DNA of 64,000 nucleotides from Carcharhinus longimanus (Eukaryota): NCBI GenBank assembly GCA_030264375.1, contig JASCQW010000061.1, positions 32,036,017 to 32,100,016 of the forward strand, read 5' to 3'. Shown piece by piece: positions 39,283 to 49,424 of this stretch (position 1 is its first letter; each line of letters starts with the position of its first letter). The notes under the pieces were generated by a model. It saw only the letters and a program-made list of their open reading frames with translations, ran no database searches and was not told where the DNA came from. The position numbers and the translations under genes were made by a program.

Positions 39283-41255
39283 GATTTGGGTAAATACTAT
39301 TTCTTTATTTCAAATACTCACCTGTCTTTACCTTGTTGGCCCGATACTCAACCTGTGGTCTCATCCTTCAGACCTACCTGTATTCCACTTTCTAATATGG
39401 TTTCAGACTGTGCTAACAATCTTTCACATCTGCTTAGCCTCAGTCACCGATTCCCTCCATTAAGCACATCATTTGAGAAGATGGAAAAGTGCTGAGTCTG
39501 CTCAAATGCATTTCTTTTCCACGAGGGGGCACCAGTGTCTTATCTTGCTGGATATTTCAGTTGAGGGAAAGCCCTCAACCTGGAGCCAGCTCAACAACAG
39601 AACAAGACTGTTTTTTAAAAAGAAAATAAACAGAGCCAGAGAAGCCGTATACTTACGACCAGTCNNNNNNNNNNNNNNNNNNNNNNNNNNNNNNNNNNNN
39701 NNNNNNNNNNNNNNNNNNNNNNNNNNNNNNNNNNNNNNNNNNNNNNNNNNNNNNNNNNNNNNNNAGCCGTATACTTAAGACCAGTCCGCACCCATCCACC
39801 TACAGGTCAAACTGTTACTGGTTTGCAGTCAATACTTTACAGATCAACTATTTTTTAAACAAGATTCATTATGATACAACCGTTCAACATTTTGCTAAAT
39901 ATTTGTTTGATTTTTTTTATAAAACCATCAGATATATGTCCAAAACTCCTAGACACAGCAAAACTGCAATTTAATTAAATATTTTATAATATAGAACATG
40001 TCCACTTCTCCTGACCAGTTTACACCAAACAGATGTGGAAACCAGCATGCCAAGGTTTGTATTAAGTGTTCTTGATGATGAGGTTTATGTCCCAGATCTT
40101 GTTAACAAACACTCTGTGAAGTTGACTTCATTTTACACTATGCCCACCAACTCAACGCCAACATTGGCCACACTTAGACCCAGAGTGCTTTGGTTGTGCA
40201 GGGGCAATATGCCAAGTCGGTAATTGTTTGGTCTGCACAATTTTGCCATTCTTCTCTGTTCTCACCTTTTACTTCATCGTCTCACACTCCCTACTCCTGT
40301 AAAATTAAGCCAACGGGCCTGCTACTGAAACAGGATTGGGAGTGGGACCCAAAAATCGGCCCTTGGATTCTCAATGATTGTGTAAAATTTGGCCCATTAA
40401 AGTGTTGGAAGGGATTAGAAAGTAAAGCTGAACATAATTTTTGCACCAGAAATAGCAGCTTGAGGTATGAAAGCAGGCTCATAAAAGTCAGGATACCGCG
40501 TTGTTACTTTATTTATGTGACGGAAGTTGATTCACTGAACTATGTGTGGTGTGGCATGTTAATTATTTTAGTATCATTCAGAAGAACAGTTTGTTTCTGA
40601 TTGATCTTGGGGAATCTGATCATAACCATTGTTCTGACTGTACACCTTACTGTGGAATAAGGAACCTGGTTGATGCATGCTTCACCTCACCTAGTATAAC
40701 TTGCTCTGCCTTCGAAGACATTGAAGGAATAAATGTGTAAAAAGGCAGAGATATCTGTTACAGACCACGAGGGAGGCTCATTGTTACACCCCTGGGTCTC
40801 GCTATTGTATAAGTGGATATAGGTCACTATGAATCAACTCCCATGAAAGTAAAACACTCAGGCTCTGACGAAAGTGACACCACTGAATCCGAGAAAGTAT
40901 CTATAGCAGACGCAAATTTATAACAGGCATTCTCTTGTTTTATACGTTCTTTCTCTTCCATTTAAAAAAAACATTTTATAACTTTTCCAATTCTTTCTCC
41001 AGAAAGTGCTGGTTCCTATTTTTGGGTCCAGCACCGGATGTTCTACTATCCCTCCAATATCGCACAAAATAGTCAGTTTTAAAATCCATGAACCTAAATT
41101 GTGTACAGACTATTTGTCTGTGAGCAGCATCACAGCCAAACCTGATCTCATCTTCACATGGTGCGCACATTTGTTTTAAGTAACAAACATTGCGAAGTGA
41201 TTGAGAAAACCTGGCAAATACTTGCCCGTCTTTCCATCCAAACCCTATCCCCAAT

Positions 41256-41742
41256 ACATGGGGTCACGGACTAGGGCCTGGGTGGGATTGTTGTCAGTGC
41301 TGACTCGATGGGCCTACTGGCCTCCTGTACAGTAGGGATTCTGTGATTCTCTGAATAGATTGGAGAAGTTGGGACTGTTCTCCATTGAGAAGCGAAGGTT
41401 AAGAGGAAATTCGATAGTGTTGTTCAAAATCACGAAGTGTCTGAATAGAGTAGATGACAGAGTGGTCACAAAGCAGAGGACACCAATTTAAGGTAATTGG
41501 CAAAAGAACTGAATATGAGGAAAATGTTTTACACACCGATTGAGTGGTTAGGATCTGGAATGCATTGTCTGAGAGTGCAGTGGCAGCAGATTCAATCATA
41601 AATTTCAAAAGGAAGTTGGGAAAATATGAACAGAAAATTTGCAGGGCGATGGGCAAAGGGCAGTGGAGTCAGACTAGCTGAGTTGCTCTTTTGGACACCA
41701 CAGGTTGAATGACCTCCTTCTGAGCTGTAACCCATTCTATGA
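41256..41742 (+). mobile_element. SINE tail followed by CR1 3' end
   Basis: gggcctgggtgggattg...; gattggagaagttgggactgttctcc...ggatctggaatgcattg. Confidence 0.75.
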
Positions 41743-41764
41743 TGCCCCATCTCAGATCACACTC

Positions 41765-42128
41765 GTAATCCAGAGTCCAAGCCTACTGCTCTGGGGCCAT
41801 GGGTTCACATCCCACCATGGCAGCTGATGGAATTTAAATTCATTTGATAAAAACGTAGAATAGATTACTACCCTCAGTGGTGACCATGACAGCTGCCATC
41901 AATTATCGTAAAAACCCATCTGGTTTGCTGAGGTTCTTTAGGGAAGGAAATCTGCTTTCTTTACCCGGTCTGGCCTGTGTGTGGCTCCAGACACACAACA
42001 ATGTGGTTTGACTCCTAACTACCCTCTGCACCGGCCTAGCAAGCCACTCAGTTCAAGGGCAATTAAGGGAGGGCAACAGATACTGGCATTGCCAATGATA
42101 CTTAAATACCATGAAAGAATAAAGAAAA
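41765..42128 (+). mobile_element. SINE of the LINE-tail family
   Basis: gggaaggaaatctgc...agcaagccactcagttcaagggcaatta. Confidence 0.8.
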
Positions 42129-42513
42129 ATAAGATTTTGTTATTGCAAGAACACAATTTTCTGCATTCTTTCCTCCTCTCTTTCTGTTTGGAATTATTTT
42201 CCCTTCTGCTTTCCAAGTAGCATGTGTTATTGAGATTTGTACAACATTTGACTAAATTACACTATTTTATGTTCTCAGGATGTGGATGACACACAGCGTC
42301 TGTTTGACACATCTGCAGCAATTGCCATTGAAGAGCACATTTAAAAGCAAGTTCCTCACTTATAGACTAGACCAGGTATGGGTGACTGCATCTCTTTCCT
42401 GGACTAGTTGAGATTTTATAACACACCAGCAGATTTTATGTTTTTTTTCCTGATGTCAAAGCACAAATTTATCAGGTTTACAGAATACAATTTACACTTG
42501 CTTCAGTGGTGTT

Positions 42514-42834
42514 CGAATTCACAGAATCCCTACAGTGCAGAAAGGGGCCATTCAGCCCATCAAGTCTTCACTGACCACAGTCCCACCCAGACCCTATTCC
42601 TGTAACCCCACATATTTACTCTGCTAATCCCCTGACACTAGGATCAATTTAGCATGACTAAACCACCTAACCCACACATTTTTTGGACTGTGGGAGGAAA
42701 CCAGGGTATCTGGAGAAAACACATGCGGACATGGGGAGAACGTGCAAATTCCACACAGACAGTGACCTGAGGCTGGAATTGAACCCGCATCCCTGGCGCT
42801 CTGAAGTGGCAGTGTTAATCACTGCACCACTGTG
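42514..42834 (-). mobile_element. V-SINE (CR1 tail)
   Basis: Reverse complement of the 4091 family. Confidence 0.88.
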
Positions 42835-43282
42835 AATTTATAACCTCTGGATTGTTGAGTCCAGTCCCATAATCAACGTACTACCATTCCTTATAATAGC
42901 CATTAGGGCTCTTGGTGGTGTGACATTAATAGCAGCAACTTACATTTATATAACACATACATTTATATAGTATAGTAACAACAAATATTTTTCACAGGAA
43001 TTTAATCAGACAGAAGAATTGACACTGAGCTAAAGAAGGAGGCATTAAGGCCGTTGACCAGAACTTGTGCAAAGAGTTTTGGGACACATCTTAACAGAAC
43101 TAAGAGGGCTAAAGAGACAGAGAGGTTTACATGGGAGAGGAATTCCAGAGTTTAGGGCTTAGACATCTGAAGGCACAGCCATCAAAGCTGGGGTGAAGTA
43201 AGTCAGGGACTTACCAGACATCAGAATTTGAGGAATACAGAATTTTCAGAGGGGTGTCAGATTGGAAGACGTTATGGGGATA

Positions 43283-43390
43283 TGGGCCGGAATTTTACCG
43301 CTCTGCCCACCAGGGGAATCAAAGCGGGGGAGAGGCAGAACGTGGAAAGGTCTGTTGACCTTGGGTGGGATTTTACGGTTTTGGGATGAG
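43283..43390. mobile_element. Harbinger-type MITE
   Basis: TIRs gggccggaattttac / gtaaaatcctgccc. Confidence 0.7.
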
Positions 43391-43449
43391 CGACGCTGTA
43401 AAATCCTGCCCATAGAGAGGGTGGTGAGAAGTAATATAATCTATAATTA

Positions 43450-43745
43450 GGTTGACAGAGTGGCCAGCAGGCCTCCTCACAGTGCCAAGGATCTGGCTTG
43501 GGCCACTGTCTTTGCGAAATCTGCATGTTCTCCAAGTGTCTGTGTGCGTTTCCTCAGAGTGCTCTGTATTTCCCCCCACAATCCAAAGTTGTGCAAGTTA
43601 GGTGGACTGGCCAAACCTAAATTGTCCATTTGTGTCAGGGGGATTGGCAGGGGAGACATATGGGGTTACAGGCAAAGGGCCTGGGTGGGATTGTTGTCAG
43701 TGTAGGTCAAATAGTCTCCTTCTGCACTATGGGGATTCTATGATT
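43450..43745 (+). mobile_element. V-SINE (CR1 tail), diverged
   Basis: Head, core and tail motifs present. Confidence 0.8.
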
Positions 43746-43924
43746 GTGGTTTATTTAATTAGATATAGAGATTTGTTTGTGAAACCATAAATTTATCAGG
43801 ATTTCTATATTTCTTCCATCTTCTATAGTATATTAGAAATTTTGTACTTATTGTTACACTTTTTCAGTTCTGGCTGTTTGTCGTGCTTTTGTATCAGAGT
43901 TAACATTTTCACTGACTGTTTATG

Positions 43925-44220
43925 TTTATTCATTAGTGTCACAAGTATGTTTGCATTAACATGGCAATGAAGTTACTGTGAAAATCCCCCAGTTGCCACA
44001 CTCTGGCACTTGTTCGGGTGCACTATGGGAGAACTTAGCATGGCCAATGCGCCTAACCAGCATGTCTTTCGGACTGTGGGAGGAAGCCGGAGCACCCGGA
44101 GGAAACCCTTGCAGACATGGGGAGAATGTGCATACTCCACACAGACAGTGACCCAAGCTGGGAATCGAACATGGGTCTTTGGTGCCATGAGGCAGCAGTG
44201 CTGACTACTGTACCACTGTG
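43925..44220 (-). mobile_element. V-SINE, second tail type
   Basis: Reverse complement of the 10131 family. Confidence 0.88.
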
Positions 44221-44928
44221 CAGATCTGCCTCAAAGGTGGATGGGAGGCATGTATGCTCATTTAGAGTGTGTTTTCAGTGAAAGTTCCCTGCTAGGACTC
44301 CAAGATGTACGGCTCTGTTCTGCACAGCACCACCCAATTGGAACACCAAGATCTGGCCAAAATTCTGCCCTCCCTTTCCCCAATAAGCCACTTACTGTCT
44401 TTCTTTGCACCCAGGTTAGGGTTACCATCGCTTAGGTCCTCCCAGAATTGAATATTCATCTTATGACTTTGCTGCCAGCAAGGAGGAAGAAAAATCCTCG
44501 GATCATTAAAATCAGTTTTGTATGTTTTCCATTTTCTTTTGAGTACTTTTATTTACTGTTAAGGATAATATTAGAGAAATGAACAAAGGCTGATGGCCAA
44601 CAGTCAAGAATTAGCGAATTGTACATTGCAAGTCACTGCTCTGGTGGTAGAAATCTCAAAGGCCAGAATTTTCCAACCTCGCCCCTGGCTGGGATTCTCC
44701 TGTCCCACATCACTGAATGGAGGTTTGGCTGGGGGGACAAATTCTCTGTTCTCATTGACAGCAGTAGTGAGTGTGCGTGAGACCAGACAATTCCAACCAA
44801 AGGGTTTTGGGTCAAGTCCTACTCCAGGACTTCAGCAAAAAAGCTGAACACTCCAGTAGGGCCAAGGTAGTGCTGGACCACTGCAAATACCAGCTTTCAG
44901 ATGAGACATTAAAGCAAAGTCCTGCCTG

Positions 44929-45025
44929 CTGATGAAGGGTCATCTTGACTCGAAATGTTGGCTCTATTCTCTCTCCACAGATGCTGTCAGACCTGCTGAG
45001 ATTTTCCAGTATTCTGTTTTTGTTC
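44929..45025 (+). mobile_element. Penelope-derived short repeat with hammerhead core
   Basis: CTGATGA-a-GGGTC-atctt-GACTC-GAAA followed by ctctccacagatgctgtcagacctgctgagattttccag. More decayed relatives at ~20690-20790 (+), ~55850-55910 (-) and ~57935-58032 (-). Confidence 0.7.
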
Positions 45026-46325
45026 CTGTGAATAGGACTTTGATAATGACCAGATAATCTGTTTTTAGATGGTGATTGAAGAATAAATATTTGCCAGAAT
45101 ACTGGGATGAACTCTCCCTCCAAATACTGCCATGGGATCTTTTAAGTACACTTGAGAGGGCAGATGGGGCCTCATCCAATGGTGGCACCTTTAACAATGC
45201 GCCACTCCCCCAGTACTGCACAAGAATATCAGCCAATGTTACGTGGTCACATCTCTAGAGTGGGATTTGAACACACAAGCTTCTGCCTCAGTGCACAGAG
45301 TGCTACCACTGAGCCAAATGACACTGACACCAATTTTTACCATCTTGGTATGTGCATGATACAATAATGAGTTGTTGACCAATCATTGCAATCACCCTGT
45401 AACTATTAAGCCTAAAACAGGCCAAGAAGTAATGTCAGTGGTGGCTGTTTTGAGAACCAAAGGTCTAAAGTCACCTGTCCTTCCAAACACATATGCCACC
45501 TCCCAAATTACTCCTATGCTTTGTCTCAAAATGGAAGGCACTGGAAGACTGGCACTTGTGGAACTGTACTGCAAGGTAACTGAGTGACACCTTCAGAAGA
45601 AGAGCAGACAAAATGGGAAAAGGAAATGGAGATAAGTAACACATCCGATAGAAACTACTTAAGGGAACTCTCAGGAACTGTAGAACTCTTAACTTCGCTA
45701 CATTAACATCTGGGACTGAGGAATCACAGTGACTTCCCAGCCGCAGCTGCACTGTTTCCAGACAGACCCTTCATCATTAGGTAGCATGGTTGGAATTAAA
45801 CACAGTATCAAGTTAACAAAAACACAAGAAACAATGTTAATTGATGATAACATCATTGTTTTAAGGGTAGAAGGTATCAGACCACCATGGTTACATAAAC
45901 TTGATGATATCATGCTGGAAGCCAACACCCTTGGATTGACTGAAATCACATAATTATCTGCTCCCCGACTCCAGCCTCCCTTTCCCTCCACGCAAACAGC
46001 CCTGTATTTCCAGCTACACCCATCGCATTTATGACTCAACTCTTAACTGTAAATATTCTCTGTTGAATAATGACATTCTTCCCAGATTGCACAACCTATT
46101 GTGCTTTCAGACCATGTAACAGCCATAGCTCCTCACATTTTGTATCTTCAATTTTCTTCCCTCTTCTACGGATGGTCCTAGCTAGTGTTGTGTGAAGGCT
46201 TCATGGGAGTAAGTTCCCCTGTTACCTCTCTGAAATGCATCAGTTATTGATTGAATATCAGGGGTCTATTGGAAGGGCGTTTTAGTTTCGTAATTACAAT
46301 TTCAACTTCATTGGTGTCTAATCTT

Positions 46326-46345
46326 TGTGTGTGTGTGTGTGTGTG
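46326..46345. repeat. (TG)10 microsatellite
   Basis: Seen directly. Confidence 0.9.
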
Positions 46346-46877
46346 GTTGGCAAGTGAGTTGAGTGAATGAGGCTTTGCCTTGGAAACGTTTGGGGCATGT
46401 GTGTGTGTGATAATTAATAACTCTTATGGTCATTTTGTATTCTAGAGGATAATGCAGTGAGGGTGAGTTAACACACACAATTTACTTATTTAAAACAAAA
46501 ATCCTGATTAAGAACTTGAAGGGACTACATAAAATCCTTTCTGGAAAACCATTGAGCCGTTGATCATGATGTAGAGGTTCATTGAACTTCAGAGGACTTT
46601 TTTTTGGAAGAACAAGTAAGTCATTCAACCGCTTGACTGGGAGAAAAGAACGGGCGGGCAGCCATATCACCATCCATCCAGTTACACGCGACAGCAGGAA
46701 GTAATTATTTTCTAAAACGTGCTAAACAAAAAACGGAAAAAGGCTATTCAGTCCTTCTTCTTTACTTTTCAAGATAGGCATTTAAATCAGCGCCTTGCGT
46801 GCACCCAGTTTCATTATACGGATTGCAAAATTTATTTAAATCATGACTAATTTACAACTTAATAGCAAACGATATAT

Positions 46878-47220
46878 TTTATTTTTGTTTAATTCATTCT
46901 GTGGATATGAGAGTTGCCGATTCCTAACTACCCTCCATTCCAGAGCACATTTGAGAACCAATCACACAGCTATGCATCTGGAGTCACATATAGGCCAGGC
47001 CACGTAAGGAAGATAATTAATCCATAAAATTAACCAAAAGGTTTTTTAAAATAATCGGCAACAGTTTTATGGTCAACATTAGACTTTTAAAACTGGATTA
47101 GTAGTTACTGGAGGCAAATTCTACCATCTATCATGGTGAGATTCAAACCCAGGTCCCTGGATCTTCTCCTGGGTCTCTAGATTACAAGTGCGGTGACAAC
47201 ATCACGACGCTACTGCCTCT
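46878..47220 (-). mobile_element. SINE of the LINE-tail family
   Basis: ctggagtcacatataggccagg...ggtgagattcaaacccagg. Confidence 0.7.
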
Positions 47221-47392
47221 CTCTTTACGGGGCTAGTCTCATTACTTATTCTGATTGGCAATAACACATTCATCCATTACACCCACATCTCTTACGTTGA
47301 ACAAAATATCAATATAGTCAACTGACATGTCCCCATAATTGAACTCCTTTAGCACCAGCTCTAACCATGTTCCAACTATATTCAGCCAATGC

Positions 47393-49423
47393 CTATGGGG
47401 CATTTAATTCCACAAGGAATTGTTGGAGGCTGTCGTTTGTCATGTTCCACAGGAGACCATTCAGATTTTCATGCCAATCTCTTTTCCCAACCTCACTGTC
47501 ATCTATCGCAGACTTCCCGGGACCCGGCTGGTTCCGCTCCGATCCACTCCCTTCCCCTTGATTACTAGAAAAGGAGCTGGAAGAGAACAAGCTTGAAAAG
47601 TTAAATTTGAAGTGAATGGGAACACCCGCAGCATCTCTGCGGAAGTTAATTTCCGAGTTCTGAAGTGCCTGAAGTACAGCTGGTGTTTGACCATCACACG
47701 ACGTGACCATGAGCTGGGGAATGAATCTGCTATCCTTAAAATAGGGTTTAATACGATTGAGGTTCACATTCTCCAGCAAGGAAACTGCTGACGATTTTGC
47801 CGTTACACACAGACAATTACATTGTTTAATACTGGTGTGATCTTCGAAAAGTACATCGGAGTAGTACAGTAATTCTTCATTGAATTCCACAATGGTGAGA
47901 GAATATGGAACTCGGAAACCCTCTTGGTGATTGATTTCATATTGAATCATTGCATACTCGTTATTGCTGCCTGCACTCTGATCCTCAGAACTGCCAGCGA
48001 CTTTGAACCTGATCTGGTCCCTCCACTCCACACCCAGGATGTAATTGATCAGTCCATTGATTAGGTCATATTTCCCTGAATCCCTTTTCCCAGTGACAAT
48101 GATGGTCCGAGAATTGGCCGAGTTCCTGGCTTCACCAAATATACACTTTCTCCAGCATTTCAATGTCGGCGACAGGATCAGATTAACAATCCCATTGCTA
48201 CACGAAGAGTCGGATGGATAGATAGGGAGATAATACTCATTCTCCATTTTCTCTGTCAAGGGGAGCTGGTAGACTTCTGGACACCCATCATTTATCAGTT
48301 TGCTCATTTTGCGAACACGTTCTATCAATTGAGTTGGGACCCTTTCTCTAGAAGTTACAATCACCGTCTCCTGACTTGAAGCACCTATGCCAGCTTTTCC
48401 ACAAAGAGCGGACACCTGGACCCTGTAGGAAGTATCAGCGTCAAGGTTGCTCAATGTACATCTACAAACCGGACCTTCGTTTCTTTGCTCCGTCCATGAG
48501 TCCTGCTGACAATTCTGTTTCTGAAATTTGATTAAGTAACATTCAATATTCACACCATCATCGACCCACACTGGAGGGGCCCAGGTAATGGTTAGTGATG
48601 TTGGTTGAACTTTGGATACGGAAATGTCAGTCGGCGGAGCAGCAGGAAGAGTGAGGGTACAGGCAGTGGGATCACTGAGCAAACCTACCCATGCCTTATA
48701 AATATAGGCCGACCTGAACTGGTACTGATGGTTTGGTTGCAAACCAGACACGGTAAAGGTCTCACTACAATCCGCCGTGTTCTCCACAGACCAATCCTCA
48801 TCTTGTTCACACCTGTATTCTACCCTAAACATTAGCACTGGCTCAGCATTACCTACAGGGGCCTTGAGATGTAGCGTGACAGTGGAATCGCTTGTCCCGA
48901 TAATCTGTGGAATCTCAGATTTTTGTGGTTTAAACGCCTTATTTACCAACATTCCCTGTTCATACAGGAAAATTGATGCCCCAGTGCAATTTTTATCATC
49001 TATTGAAGTTATTGCGATCTTGCAGCTCTCAGCGCGCATATTTCCTCCACCAGACATGTTGGGTTTGGCGAATTTCAGGAACAATCTCGCCAGTTTCCTC
49101 ATTTGTTGGGAGACTGAAATGACATCGAACCAATCCTCATTGGGCTGACATGTGTCATCTTGTGTTGTGTGACCTGGCTCTTTTGAAGTTAGTGCGTCTT
49201 TCAAATAATTGCTTAAAACCTGTAGATATGTATCTTTATCATGCAGTGAAGTGAAGGTAAAACAGACAACGTTTTCAACCATTGGATTCACCAAGAAACT
49301 GTCCAGCTGGCTCCTTGTTAGAATATCCACTCCTCCCAACATTGCCAGATATGCGTTCACTGTGTTAATCTCCTTCTCTCTCTTCCCAATCCAAGTTGTC
49401 AGTGAATGGTTGTTGAATGGAGA
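47393..49423 (-). CDS. Stonustoxin/neoverrucotoxin-like protein, N-terminally truncated: SNTX thioredoxin-like domain + 2x FN3 + degenerate septin/AIG1-like P-loop domain (gene or young pseudogene)
   Basis: Uninterrupted 2031-nt frame (SPFNNHSLTTWIGKREKEINTV...); first ATG at 49342. SNTX-like motifs LVNPMVENVVCFTFTSL...DTYL and GASIFLYEQG. FN3 motifs FRVEYR...W...FTVSGLQPNHQYQFR and SLTITWAPP...LSNLDADTSYRVQVSA. P-loop region TIIVTGKRDSGKYDLINGLINYILGVEWRDQIRFK and YEINHQEGFRVPYSLTIV, typical of fish SNTX-FN3-GTPase proteins. Confidence 0.8.
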   Translation of the reverse strand, partial: SPFNNHSLTTWIGKREKEINTVNAYLAMLGGVDILTRSQLDSFLVNPMVENVVCFTFTSLHDKDTYLQVLSNYLKDALTSKEPGHTTQDDTCQPNEDWFDVISVSQQMRKLARLFLKFAKPNMSGGGNMRAESCKIAITSIDDKNCTGASIFLYEQGMLVNKAFKPQKSEIPQIIGTSDSTVTLHLKAPVGNAEPVLMFRVEYRCEQDEDWSVENTADCSETFTVSGLQPNHQYQFRSAYIYKAWVGLLSDPTACTLTLPAAPPTDISVSKVQPTSLTITWAPPVWVDDGVNIECYLIKFQKQNCQQDSWTEQRNEGPVCRCTLSNLDADTSYRVQVSALCGKAGIGASSQETVIVTSRERVPTQLIERVRKMSKLINDGCPEVYQLPLTEKMENEYYLPIYPSDSSCSNGIVNLILSPTLKCWRKCIFGEARNSANSRTIIVTGKRDSGKYDLINGLINYILGVEWRDQIRFKVAGSSEDQSAGSNNEYAMIQYEINHQEGFRVPYSLTIVEFNEELLYYSDVLFEDHTSIKQCNCLCVTAKSSAVSLLENVNLNRIKPYFKDSRFIPQLMVTSCDGQTPAVLQALQNSEINFRRDAAGVPIHFKFNFSSLFSSSSFSSNQGEGSGSERNQPGPGKSAIDDSEVGKRDWHENLNGLLWNMTNDSLQQFLVELNAP

Positions 49424-49424
49424 T

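Noticed and set aside
39644-39786. Direct repeat agccgtatactta(c/a)gaccagtc
   Set aside because: It flanks a 100-N gap on both sides and is most likely a scaffolding overlap artefact (likewise ctgaattt at 5720/5828).
40863-40895. ctgacga...gaaa as a hammerhead
   Set aside because: No stem II pairing between the motifs; chance match.
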